Shown here piece after piece: positions 1 through 12,300 of a DNA stretch of 64,000 nucleotides. Position 1 is the first letter of the stretch. Each line of letters begins with the position of its first letter. Origin of the DNA: Lytechinus pictus (lineage: Eukaryota); assembly GCF_037042905.1 (NCBI RefSeq), contig NC_087251.1:3474001-3538000 (forward strand), given 5' to 3'. The position numbers and the translations under genes are program-made. The notes beneath the pieces are model-generated. The model searched no databases, had not been told where the DNA came from, and saw only the letters and a program-made list of their open reading frames with translations.

Positions 1-359
1 TTTGCCGTAGATATACGGATCTGCAAGGTGATGTCAATGCATTTCATTTCCGGTTGTTAGCGATGTACGTAAAAAATACGTTTATGCACGCCTGTTTTCT
101 TGTTTCTGCTATCATTTTCATAGCGCTGCTGTGCGTTGCTTTTGATAAAGTGAACGAACAACATCGCAATGGGTAGGAGCAGCGTACAATTGATTTCCGC
201 TGTCCATCAGTGAGAGCGTGTTTTACGACCGGCTTGATGGGTGTCAGCTGCCAGCGCTCTGTTTATAAAAGGATTAGCGGCGACGGTCTTTGGGTCAAAG
301 GAGGGGATTCGTTGATTGTCCATTCGTAATAGGTCCATGTTCAGACAAGGAGGTCCTAT

Positions 360-620
360 TCGTCAAATTCATAAAAATTGAAATATTGTATAATTCAAAC
401 AATAAAAAACAAAAGAAATAGTGAGTGACATCATCAACTCTCTCATTTGGATGTTACTGGCTCGTTCATATAACTCTTTTGTTAAAAATAAGCGAAATTT
501 TGAAATGTCATAACTTTCTTATTTTACATCCGATTTTGATGAAATTTTCAGCATTGTGCTCGTCTGATTTTTCTCTATTGATTCAAATCAAAATTTTTCT
601 GAGATGGACTTGACCTTTAA
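360..620. mobile_element. Right end of a TTAA-type (Kolobok-like) MITE
   Basis: Ends ...ggacttgacct+TTAA; internal sequence similar to degenerate copies at ~17860-18700 and to 40481-41106. Confidence 0.55.
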
Positions 621-639
621 ATTTACAAGACAAAAATTA

Positions 640-1261
640 ATTGTTTACATTTTTTCAATTAAAGAATTATGCAAATAAGCATATGAAATTTGCCCTAAAT
701 TTTTTTGTATGTTTTTGCCTTTTACTCTATTTATTAAGCTATTAGAATGCCAAGTTTTGGTGAGAGTATCAATTTTCACATTTATAAGAAATATCCACCA
801 AAAATTGCAAAAATATAATTTCTTATGCATTTTTTTATTTTATTTGTATTTCTTTGTTTTTTCTAACTTTTTTTTTTTTAATTGTTTTTTCCAATGAACT
901 TTGTCGGGGACTCTTTTGCGATCATAAATAGCATAAAATAAATCCATTTGAACCAACAAAAGTAAAAAATAATCATACATTTATGATTTTTGGTTGAAAA
1001 ACACAATTTGCATTGACCTTGTACATGGAATCATGTTTTGAGCAATTTTGGGTCCGACATGCACGTACAAATCGTTGCGTAATTTCGAAACCGAGCACCA
1101 AGGCATCGCAAATTTGGTATCAAATGATGCGCAAGACTTGAAAGTAAAAAGTCAGCGAGCAGTGTAGTAAAAAAATTTGCGCGATGGCGTAGTGACAAAA
1201 TTTCTTGAGGGGGGGGGGGGGGGGGCTCAAATTGACCCCCCTCCCGTTTGATAAGGGTTAA
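640..1261. mobile_element. piggyBac-type MITE remnant
   Basis: Ends ...ataaggg+TTAA; extensive similarity to the 46637-47358 element (e.g. gcgcaagacttgaaagtaaaaagtcagcgagcag). Confidence 0.65.
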
Positions 1262-1938
1262 TATTGCATTAGGCCTTAAATGCACACTCAGACCTAACTG
1301 GGAAACAAAACAAGCATTGTATACAATACATGTTCAGAAGAGTGTGAAATACTTCATACATATTTTCTCATATCCAATGTTTTTATTCATAATTATGTTT
1401 GGGGTACGTTGGAACATGTTCCAACTAGCCCCTTCAATTTTGTTCCGACTAACCCCGGAGGCCCATTTGACATTTATAAGCTTACAGCACAAAAAAGGGA
1501 CTTCACCATGGCATATTAATAACCTCATTTTGTAGCTTGGTACAAGTGTCTATTATACCCCCAAACTGGCCAACTTGATCTATAAACTTCTCTGAGATAA
1601 TAAAACATTTCTGAAAGAGAAAAAAATTACTCAGAAGGTGAAAAAACAAAAATTCCTTTCTAACTTCACCAGGCTTGTTGCACATGTGGTGTCTGTAATA
1701 TGGTGGATGGCTGTTGATAATGGCAATAAATTAAGGGCAGTATTGCAGAAATTTATTTATAGACGTTAAAGAAAATTACAATGTTTCAACTAACCCCAGT
1801 CTCCCCTACTCTTGGAAACTTCTAATAGCAGAATGATCAATCATTGTTTGATTGATCATTAAATGATGATGATGATAATAATAATGATAAAAATCAAAGT
1901 AAACAACAAAGTGAGTGTAAACCAAGTCACAATTTAAC

Positions 1939-2064
1939 CTCTGTAAATCATTCCAAATCCTCCTTGTCCAATGGGTTTTCCAAGTTTCCATTCTTTTTTT
2001 CGTATATCTCTCAAGACCTCGCCCTCTGGAAGAGTCTCAGGAAATTTGTAAGCTCTCTTGCGAC
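1939..2064 (-). CDS. VRK1: VRK-family kinase, second coding exon (N-terminal part of kinase domain); gene continues beyond window start
   Basis: Acceptor tttctttgtgtgttcag| and donor |GTTAAA. Translation (G)RKRAYKFPETLPEGEVLRDIRKKEWKLGKPIGQGGFGMIYR has the GxGxFG loop and resembles VRK1 KKEWKVGLPIGQGGFGCIY. VRK1 versus VRK2 orthology cannot be resolved. Confidence 0.88.
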
Positions 2065-2264
2065 CTGAACACACAAAGAAAATAATGAATTCTCAAGATC
2101 TTAATTACTGCAACATCATCAATATAGTAATGAGTTAGTGTCACTGAACTCAAGATTAACATTTTGAGGATTCCCAGGTAAAAATATGCACAGTACAGTG
2201 TATATATGACAGTGATCTTGGTTGGCCATTGAAATTGATTGCAACCAGTAGCGAGAGGCTTGTG

Positions 2265-2390
2265 TAATAGTAATAATAATAGTAATTTTTATAGCGCCAT
2301 CTATCTAGAAACAAACTATTCCGAGGCCCATTGTTATTATCATTTTTATCATTACCCTGACTTTGGCGCAAGCTGCCTTTCAGCGCTCAC
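2265..2390 (-). mobile_element. SINE 3' fragment
   Basis: (TAA)n tail and attaccctg body, reverse-similar to the 3' half of the SINE at 47363-47456. Confidence 0.45.
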
Positions 2391-2699
2391 GTAGAACAGA
2401 ACTAGCTAACCATGAACAGGTCAATGAGTACTATTCCCATTGATTTCTTACTATTGGTTTTAGGAAAAAATGTTTTTTTTTTTTAACTTGAGAGTAAATT
2501 CTAGCATTTGATCACCTGACAAAATTACAATATCGAGTCTTTGAAGTCCTTAACTACAATCCAATTATCCAAGTTTGATTAAAAAAAAGAAAGCAGTCAA
2601 TTGCCAAGTTATCAAAGAATAAATGATGTTCACACTGTCTTTTAAAAACCAATGCCCATATATACAAGAAGATATACAATGTACATGATTCACTCATAC

Positions 2700-2712
2700 C
2701 TTTGGGAGGCAT
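2700..2712 (-). CDS. VRK1: VRK-family Ser/Thr kinase, first coding exon portion (MPPK+G, phase 1); exon probably spans 2700-2783 including 5' UTR
   Basis: Minus strand reads aagaaaATGCCTCCCAAAG|GTATGA, with upstream acceptor ccttttgtcttactgctatctacacag| at 2784. It joins in phase to the 1939-2064 exon. Confidence 0.75.
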
Positions 2713-3225
2713 TTTCTTGGATGTAGTAGATGAATATATCAACAGAGGTTAAACCTATGCCATGCAGGTTGTGAATGCTGATACTGTGTAGATAGCAGTA
2801 AGACAAAAGGCAACAATGGATAAAGCAAACTACCTAAATTGAATATGTCTTTAAGAATGGGAAAATTATACAAAACTAAATTCAGCCAAATGTTTGAGAC
2901 AATCTACACAAAATCATTCTTTTGAAGAATAGAACATGTATACTGGAGATTGGGGCTCTCCTATTGGGACTAACATTTGCTCCCTTTCCAATGGACCAAG
3001 TTTTTTTCCAACTGTATCTAGATCGACACAAACAGATTCCTCACTGTCCCCGGAAACAATTTTTACATAGGGGCTGCTGGGGGCTTGTTCAGGGGGATGT
3101 TGTCAGAAAAATTAACAAGCAAAAAAAAAGAAGGTTATTGTTCCAAAATCTGTCATTTTGGAGCAATGACCTCCCTTTTTTTTGCTTGTCAACCTCCGAA
3201 TAAAAGTGTGTTTTAAAGAGAAATC

Positions 3226-3853
3226 GAAGGGGTGAGCTAGCCAGGAGGCTCCTAGAGAGTAAAAATCATTCACTAACGTGTGCTTACTCTCTACAGAGCC
3301 AGGGATTGCGTCCCATTCATGTGTGTGTACCACTAAAAAAAAAATGAAATTTTCGCCGCCAAAATTTCTACCTTCCTTCTAAAAGATCTAGCCCTAAATC
3401 ATGTAATGGGATACAACTTCATTTCCGACATTTTTACGATACTGATTTCATTTTTAAACAAAAACTCATTAAAAAAACAAGAAAAAAAAAGTTTTGAGAA
3501 GACGGGGAAAAAACTTGCCGATGTTTACGTCGCCGTCTTGTTCTCTTTATCCTTCGCCAAGCTACGAGACGCACATCCTCTGATAGGCGTCTCTTAGCTT
3601 GGCGATGTAAACATCGGCAAGGTTTGTCACCATCTTAAGTATTTTTCTTGTTTTTAAAGTAAATTTCGGAAATGAAGTTGTATCAGATTTACATGATAAG
3701 GGCTAGATCTTTTAAATGGAAAGTAGAAATCTCGGGGGGGGGGGGGGGGGGGCACATGAATGGGACGCAATTCCTGGCTCTGTGGAGAGTAAGCACACGT
3801 TAGTGTATGATTTTTACTCTCTAGGAGCATCCTGGCTATCTCAACCCACTCGA
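3226..3853. mobile_element. Fully palindromic (foldback) MITE
   Basis: 3230-3325 is an inverted copy of 3752-3850; inner arms ~3360-3530 and ~3600-3730 are also inverted. Confidence 0.75.
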
Positions 3854-4075
3854 GTCAAGGGTTCATTACATGCCGCCACGCACAGAAAAATCAAGCCATT
3901 AGAAGTTGTGTGTTTTGGACGCTAGAAGTGGCATCGCAGCACGCGAGACCCACTAAGTTTAGTTAGAAATCCACTGCCAAATGCAGTTCTGTGTGCGAGG
4001 TTAGTACTAACCTCGCACTAGTGTGAGTGATCCCAACCCGGGGGGGGGGGGGGGGGGGGGGTGGTGGTTACGTAC

Positions 4076-5147
4076 CAACCAAAAAATTACTTTTTTTCTT
4101 TCCAGGGCTCTTTTTGGAGAAACTTAAAAATTTTCCAGGGCTACTTTTTCATTTTCCAGGGCTCTTTTTCCACTTTCCAGGGCTACAATTTCTGGAGCTA
4201 TTTCGCGGCTTTTTTGCGTTTGTGTGTGTGTGTGTCTGTGTGTGTGGGGGGGTGTGTGTGTGTGCCACATTGAAGGGATGCTGGTCAGCAGTGCAGGGCT
4301 GCTCTGCTGCAGGCTCTGCTTTAACAAGATGTACTGTACATGCGGTGCGTTCAACACTAGCGGGCGTGTATATTTTGCTTATTACATGACGTCATCCAGC
4401 CACTGCCGAGAGCCAATTTATGAATGAAAATATAGTAAGCATGCGCAGTGCAAGCCTTCCGTAGCCCCACACAGTATTCCACCAAAACAAGTGTGCAATA
4501 CTCTATCACCTCGTACCAAAATCGACCTAGAATTTCACTTTCCTATAATTTATATGAATTATGAAAGGTATTCTCGGAGGATCTATTTTCTCACCGATAC
4601 CGAACAGGTAAGCGAATTTCGATTACTTCTTGATTTTCGGTCAAAATCTTACGAATTAGCGTTGATATAGCATCGTGTTCGTTGGAGTCTGTAGAGTCTA
4701 TCGCAACGTGTACAAAGTCAATTGATTTCCGGGTTTCGGAGCGTCGCGTGAATATGCATGAAATTGCCGAGTCTCGATAATTTTCGATCGATACTGGAGC
4801 GATCCGATCACGAACCAAGACCATTTCCCGCGTAGACAATGTGACCGGATATCGTTATCGCTATCGATACATTCGCACGCAGTCCGAAGGAATTATTTTG
4901 GCGACCACGTAGTGATGACGTGATCTGCGCGATTGGCCAATCAGCGGTCTCCGATTCGCTGAGCCGAGACGTCTATTCGTTGTAAACAGTCTATGGACAA
5001 TTTGCCACTGTGAAATATACAGTGTTGACGGGGGCGATTATGAGTTTTGCAGTCGCCCTCGTGTGAATGTTTTTAGCCCTTTTCCGGGGCTCTTTTTGGA
5101 CTTTCGGGGGCGAATTCGCCCGCCGCCCCCGTGTAATTTTTTGGTTG
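4076..5147. mobile_element. Non-autonomous hAT-type DNA transposon
   Basis: Perfect 15-bp TIR CAACCAAAAAATTAC; 8-bp TSD TTACGTAC on both sides; subterminal ttccagggct repeats. Confidence 0.88.
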
Positions 5148-5231
5148 TTACGTACGTAACATAATAAGGGTGTCAAAAACACTAAAATAATGAAAAAAGG
5201 GTATAGAATATATATTTCAGTAGAAAAACTA

Positions 5232-5757
5232 CATGGGGATCTTGGTGGCCATTCTACTTCATGGTTGAGGGCAACAACTTGATGTCCAAAGATTTCTTTG
5301 GGTCTATCTCGATTGATGGTGGAACGAAGGACAGGAGTGCTAGTCCTGAATCCATCAAAGATGCAGGTACACTCCTCGAACCTGCCTCTCAAAATGTTGG
5401 TCCAACGACTGTGGTACGATCTCCTCGTTAATCATTTGCAATTACATTTGCCCACTTACACTCCTTTGGAAGAAAAGGGTCCAGTCAAGATTTTTGCCAG
5501 CTCAGGCATCGATGAAAGCATTTACGTGTACATCTGCATCTGCCCTTTCATCAAGTTTAAAAAAACTTGGAAAAAGTGGTATCTGCACCTGTTTTCTTCA
5601 ACATGATCATCACTTAATTTGGTCATGCATGGCACAAATAGGGTATCAATGGAAAGCTAATCTCTTTCACACCCATGCAGAATAATTCCCCAAAATTAAA
5701 TATAATTCGAATACCATCCCTCTAGAATTGGATTACCTTTTTTTCTGAAACGCACTG
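5232..5757 (-). mobile_element. Internally deleted Tc1/mariner element with transposase remnant
   Basis: Minus-strand terminus TA|CAGTGCGTTTCAGAAAAAAAGG at ~5757. Broken transposase pieces GPFFFQRSV..QMINEEIVPQ, WIQD.., EIFGHQVVALNHEVEWPPRSP (WPPRSP precedes the third catalytic residue in this superfamily). Confidence 0.75.
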
Positions 5758-6184
5758 TAGATTCTAGGTCTACTTCTTCAGGATGCTTTTCGAAACCCCA
5801 TGGACGCGCGGTCACGCATGGTATCCACACGTCAATGGAAGTGGCCCCACCCCAGGTCCCAACCCATCTTTGTTTTTACTTGACTTTGTCTTTAGAGTCT
5901 AACATTAGATCTAACTTAGAATATCTAGATCAATGTTCTGACACTTTTCTGTCATCCCCATGCCATGCATTGAGTGGAGCCAACATAGTTTAGTTTACTC
6001 CAACGATGTTGTAGGACTAAGCCTGTTCATCGATCAAAGCAGAATGTCTATTGCTGCTCTCCTTCAGACAAAATTAGATGCACGACCTGTGTTGGTAGGG
6101 AGGGGTGGCAGGGGTAGTATCATAGCTATAGACAGCAAAAAATTCCATGAAAAACACACAAAAATCGAAAATCACTCAAAATCG

Positions 6185-7060
6185 TAGGCAACCTTCTCCC
6201 AATGCTTGTCTAGTCTATTCTTAAATGCAATCACTGAACAAGCAGTAACTACATCTTCTGGGAGACTGTTCCACACATCTATCACTCTGTTAGGCCCCCA
6301 TTCCAGAGAGGAAACCTTTGAAGGACCAAAAAGACCAAAAGACCAAAAATTGGCAAGGTCTTAGCAGTCTCCAAGATCATTGAAATTTGTCATCTCTGTG
6401 GAATAGCTCAGAAAGACCCCTCAAAGAACTCTGAGAGACTGATGGATATTTCTTGTCTTACTGGTCTTGGACTTGTCCTATAGAGATCTTTCAATGGTGT
6501 TTCTGAGATCTTTTATGCAACAAGTGATCTTTCAATGATCTCTCATGAGTCTTACTACAGTAATCTCCACAAAAATCTTGAGAGACTGCCGAAAGATCAT
6601 GGAAAGACTAATAAGAACTTTGAAAGTTCATTGAAAGACCACTGAAAGACTGCTGAAAGACCATCATCAAAAGACCACTTTCCTGTAAGACCGCTGAAAG
6701 ACTGTTTTGAACCGTTTCAAAAAGTTTTGGATATCATGGAGACCACGAAGACCACTGAAATATCCATCAGGAATCGTGAAAGACCTCGGAGATCTTTGAA
6801 AGTTCGTGAAAGATCAAGGAAGTTTCATGGTCTTACAGCAGTCTTTCAGCATGTTCAGAGGTCTTGCTCTCTGTGGAATGGGAGTATGAGCAAAGAAAAA
6901 CTTACACACATCAAGAGGTGAATATCTTTTCTCTAGCTTTAAGGAATGACCACCTGTTTTATCACCATTTCTCAGACAGAAAAGCTCAGAACTTGTATCA
7001 TAGTAATCATGCAGATATTTGTACACAGTACATCGATCATGTCACCTCTTTTTCTTCTGT
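6185..7060 (-). mobile_element. CR1 LINE 3' fragment, split by a MITE
   Basis: Minus-strand TGGHSLKLEKRYSPLDVCKFFFAH (6886-6960) rejoins RVIDVWNSLPEDVVTACSVIAFKNRLDKHW (6200-6290), the typical CR1 ORF2 C-terminus. Confidence 0.8.
6295..6884. mobile_element. MITE with imperfect TIR (CCCATTCCA(C)AGAGAG..AA(G)ACC) and many AAGACC/GGTCTT subrepeats
   Basis: Inverted ends; interrupts a CR1 reading frame. Superfamily uncertain (EnSpm/CACTA-like organisation). Confidence 0.65.
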
Positions 7061-7692
7061 GAGTGTGACTGAGACTGAGTGATGGCAATTTCAGGAGGCG
7101 AAGACGTTCAGACTAGACTAGAGTCTAGGGGCCCGTCGCTCAACACCATCATAAGTCTAACTTCTTGACTAAATCGGAGATAGTGAGCTACTTGTCCGCT
7201 GACCGTTTCACTAAGCCCTCTTTGCCAAGATCGGGTACAACAACCTCACTAAATATTTATGACACCTCCGAACCTGTCATAACTTCTTTCTTAATGACGT
7301 AGTGGCATCACGTGGGTAGACTATGATATGCAAAAGTGCCTAGAAATTTGAAAATGACAATCCTACGTAATCAATCATAGAAATTGAAATTACATCACAG
7401 AACAAGTGGGATAATGCATTCAATGATAATTGCAATACAAAGAAACTTTAAAAACTGTCTGTAAAACACCACATAACGATTCATTTTGAAATAGTAAAAT
7501 AATTTAATCGATAAAGATTCTACCACATCATGCCATCCATAATTGGACTTGTATTTGTATTTTTCAGACCCCTATTAACATTTGGATAAATTCTTTCTCT
7601 AATTTATGCACAGAATTTGTCAAATTGTATGTTTCAGTATCAAAGATTTAAAAAGTTTATGTTCAACTACATTTTCATGATGTTTGGAGCGA

Positions 7693-8750
7693 GGCAGTGT
7701 AGCTCAGTCGGTTAGAGCGCCTGTTCCGGATAAGATCGTAGATCTCAACTTGCGTGGGTTCGAGTCCCGCAGCATGCCAGAAGACGTCTAATAAAACAAG
7801 TGAAGCGCCTCTGGCAGTCTCACCTGCATCGCACGATTCAATATAGCAGCAGTGCTGGTTTGAAAACTACTATACAATATTTATTCACAAAAAACACCAT
7901 TCATGTAAATGACATTTGACCTTGATAATGCGATCTAAGACTTGTCAGTAATACTTGATTACCCCTATATCCACATTTTATGAACTATATCTATAAACTT
8001 TGAAAGTTATTTACAGCAATCTAATAATTACCTCCATAATGGCCAAAGTTCAATGACCTTAAATAACCTTTGACTTTGGTCATGTGACCTAAAACTCGCA
8101 TGGGATGTTCAGTGATACTTGATTACTCTTATGTCCAAGTTCCATGAATCAGATCCATAAACTTTCAAAGTTATAATGGTAATTCAACAGATACCCCTAA
8201 CTTGGCCAAAGTTCATTGACCCTAAATGACCTTTGACCTTGGTCATGTGACTTGAAACTCAGGCAGGATGTTCAGTAATACTTGATTAACCTTATGGCTA
8301 AGTTTCATGAACTAGGTCCATATAATTTCCAAGTTATACTGTCATTTCAAAAACTTAACCTTCGGTTAAGATTTGATATTGACGCCGCCGCCGTCGGAAA
8401 AGCGGAGCCTATAGTCTCACTCTGCTTTGCAGGTGAGACAAAAACTGATGCTAGCGTTGTGTGTCAGCATGCCTCATCGCTGTGTACAGTGCGGGTGTGA
8501 ATGCAGTTGGAAAACACTCTGTCCATCAGAAAGGATGCAAATGTTGGTCCTGTGTATAGGAAAGTCACAACCTATGCACGTTAAAACCAATACACTATTC
8601 GTCAGTCAAAAAAAAAGAGTAGGTTGTTCACCCAGTGTATTGAACCTGCCAGTACCCGGTACTAGTCATACTGCAAGAATCTTCAGGATTGAAGGAGGCA
8701 GTCAGTGTTGCTTGGAGAACTTGAAGAAGAACTAATATAATTATCATCAT
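7693..8750 (+). mobile_element. tRNA-derived SINE with Deu(Nin)-like core, interrupted by a Helentron-type element
   Basis: A box TAGCTCAGTCGG, B box GGTTCGAGTCC (7757-7767); body gcacgttaaaaccaatacactattcg...aagagtagg resembles the Deu domain; (ATC/ATT) tail at ~8740. Confidence 0.7.
7796..8440 (+). mobile_element. Non-autonomous Helentron/DINE-like (HINE) element with ~125-bp internal tandem repeats
   Basis: Begins ACAAG in an A-run; subterminal IR gtctcacctgca / tgcaggtgagac; 3' hairpin gtctcac..gtgagac; tgacctttgacct repeats. Reverse-oriented relative at 44670-47890. Confidence 0.7.
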
Positions 8751-9309
8751 TTTACAAAGAAAACCGTTATGGTTTACTTTTGTAAACTATTAAAATTGGA
8801 TATGCCGGGGGTACCCATCTCAACGTCCACATGTGATTTTTTACTTTAGTAATGAAATGAATTGTTCATAATTCAATTTTCTCAGCAATTCAATGCTCCA
8901 GTCTTCATGGTGTAAGTACCGGTATTATGATGCATAATTTACCTGTGCTATTATTTTGAAAAGGTGTATTTTACAATTCATCACAGACACAGTATTTGCA
9001 ATTTTGTCATAATTTTTCTTTTTGAAAATTATGCTATTTTGTGACTAAGGCTAGATCTACGTCTCGTCTGCTCTTTTTAGCGATAGTATCGATATCAAGT
9101 CAAGGCATTCTAACGTTAGTTAGGAAGCCTTTTGTGAAACGGGTTTAGTAAGATTGGATGGAACCAACTCCGTGGTTAATTGGTTGGTGGATAATGATAT
9201 GACTAACTTGTCCAGGTGTTGAGAAACGGGCCCCAGATCTAGATCTAGGCCACTCATTATATGAACAAGGTTATGATATAATCTATTTACCTTGGAAGTA
9301 GGCATAAAG

Positions 9310-12300
9310 TTATACACAACTTATTTGCCCCTCTGTATCCAAACGTTGGTACCTAAAACTTATTTGGCGTTGAGTGGCATGGGTAGAGCATGGACAAAGA
9401 AAATTTTCATCTGGATTGTACATGTTCAGGGACCTTTTAAACACCTTTTCCAAACGTGATTTGAACATGTTGACAGTTCGACTGTTCACAACTTCATCTG
9501 GTAGATTGTTCCATTGTGTGACAACTCTCTGAGAGAATACACCTTGTCTCAGCTTTGAACAAACCCGATTCTTCAGAATTTTCAAATTGTGTCCATGTGT
9601 TCTCTTTGATCTACTATCTAGACAGTGTAAAGAATTGGTCTGCACAAAAGTCTTCAATACCAGTCACTAATTTGAAGATCTGCAACATGTCTGATCGGTG
9701 TCTACTATAGGCAAAAGAAGGCAGTTTCATGCTTTGGAGGCGTGCAGGGTAGCTGAGGTCCCTTAATGAAGCCAGAAGTTTGGTGGCTCTTCGTTGCACC
9801 TTTTCAAGCTTCTCAATATCTTTTTTGTAGATAGGATGCCATACACATGAGGAATATTCTAAGACAGGCCTTATTAGTGACTTGTACAGAAGTAGGAATC
9901 CTTCTTTATCAAAAGATGAGAAGGTGCGTCTGATCATTCCTAGTTTCCTATTTTCTGCAGCAACAACTCTTCCGACTTGCTGATTAAACTTGAGCTTATC
10001 ATCGAAAGTAACTCCCAAGTCCTTCTCCTCTGATACTGATGCAATGTCGGAAATCATACCATCTTTCTGCACTTTATAAATCCTGTCTGAACTTTTCCTA
10101 CCTAGGTGCATCACTTTACATTTTGATGTATTAAAGGGGAGTTGCCATGTTTTGGACCAATTTGAAAGACTGTCCAAGTCTTGCTGCAACATCTCACCAT
10201 CATTATTATTGTTGACAGAAGAGTAGAGTTTGGTATCATCTGCAAACATTTTAACTGTCGATGATTTACCAGATATAACCTCGGGGAGATCATTAATAAA
10301 AATAATGAAGAGAACGGGGCTGAGCACGCTCCCTTGAGGAATTCCACTGGTAACAGGTACATGATGTGAAAAGGATCCATTGACATTTACTCTCTGGCTC
10401 CTATTTGATAAATGCTTTAATCCAATTCAGAATCTTCCCTTGGATACCATAAGCATTAAGCCCGAGTTGAATCGATTTTAAAATCGGTGTTCGATCGATG
10501 TCATCGAGCGCCGGTGCAGATTTTGCAAAATCGGTGCATCGGAAAAAAAAAAAAAAAAAAAAAAAAAACGTCGGCCGGCCGATTCGTTTGGTTCACACAA
10601 TCATTAAAATAAACAGTAATGTCCAACTTGACTACTACTTACTTGATTTATATTCCCCCAAAATGAAACCGATTGTGCAATTATGATGCCTATTCTTACT
10701 CGTCTGCTTGTGCCGAGATAATTTATGCACAATGAATTCATGAATGGAAGTCATCGCCATCGATCGTGCATGCGCAGTACTGTGCTTTAATCAAACCAGA
10801 AAGTTGCCGAGACCAACATAAAATATACCTTGCACTCATGAACAATATTAATATCATGACCATAGAATATTATTTAATCGTAATATTTAACAATAATTTA
10901 TATATGATAATCATTAATATGCATTTAGAGCTTGATGTGAAACTTTGTATTTCGTTTTAATTTTCAATGACGGACATCACATGACGATCGACTTGAGTGA
11001 GTGCACTTGTCTAAAAAAAAAATTATCACGTCAGGATTGATTCTCGCACATTGTCAACATGCAGAAACTCTTTTCAAGATCGTAATATCACCATATAATA
11101 ACATTATACATGTACATGACAAAACAGAGAAAATTGCGTTTGTTATTTTTTTCCATCAATTTGAAGTTAGTTTGTGCCCAACTTTGGGCTCTGATTTCAT
11201 GAATGGAAAATGTGTCATACGTCATCGAACGCGCATGCGCATTGTGCTTCTTTTCTCGGAGACGTCTAGATGGAATAAAATAAAAATAATGCCAATATTA
11301 ATACTTCCATATGAACATAACATACTTCGCTGACATCGTTAATATTTTTAGTATGGCCATCAAATCTTATTGCCTACATGTAAATCGTAATTATTTAACA
11401 TCCAATAATAATTTAAATGAATTTAGAGCTCTATCCGAGTCATTTGTATTTATTTCGATCGCATGCTCTTGTGTCTGTGAAATAAAAATGGATTATCATA
11501 TCAGGATTAATTCTGGAACATCGTCAGAACTCATATTCTACAATCTTTCCTCACATTCGTTATATCAGCATTGAATACCAATTCAAATGACCATCCAGAG
11601 AAAATTACGTATTATAATTATTCCCATCAATTTGTAGCTCATTTTGGATCCAACTACACGATCTCAGGCAAGTTACAGTGCTCTCTGCTGGTTGCTGGCA
11701 AGCACGCCTGTCGTTTCGGGAGAGTGAGTGTACGGGGCTGCGGACGGGGCTAGGTGTGTGCGATGCGAGTCTGGACTGCAAATGTTAGTTGACCAAAAAT
11801 CATTCGGATCGACTCTGCGTGATTCATGGCTTTAATATTGTTTCATTTTAAACTTATATGTTGTCATCTGCAAATATCATTGTTGAAGATATTTTGGGAA
11901 GAATTCTGCATTGGTCCCCGGCCTTTTTTTGTGTTTTGTGATCATGGAAAATACAAACAAACTTTGCTCTGTCATCTGCTTGTGCAACGCTCACCCGGCC
12001 ATGCCAGCGCTAGCGCATGCAGTGCGTGCTTAGCGCATCGACGCGACGGCCGGAACAAAAAAAATTGACTCGATTTTCCCGCCTTTAAAATTCGATGCAT
12101 CGATGTTCGATCGAATTAAAGCTGTCGAACACCGTTTTTCAAAATAATCGATATGACTCAGGCTTAATAAGCATGCAGTTTCTTCAGCAGTCTATCATGG
12201 GGAACACTGTCGAAAGCCTTTTGGTAGTCGAGGTAAATGCAGTCCACGTTACCACCATTATCCAGAATGTTATTCCAATCTTCAATCACTTCTAGAAGTT

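Noticed and set aside
1500..1830. Third VRK coding exon
   Set aside because: The minus-strand acceptors I tried (near 1610, 1710, 1822) gave stops or peptides lacking the expected VxKxE..NGPL motif with a usable donor; the next exon probably lies outside the window.
3112..3925. Duplicated small protein HEWDAIPGSVESKHTLV on both strands
   Set aside because: Artefact of the inverted arms of a palindromic MITE.
7693..7780. Genuine tRNA gene
   Set aside because: The anticodon arm is irregular, there is no T-run terminator, and the sequence continues into a SINE body.
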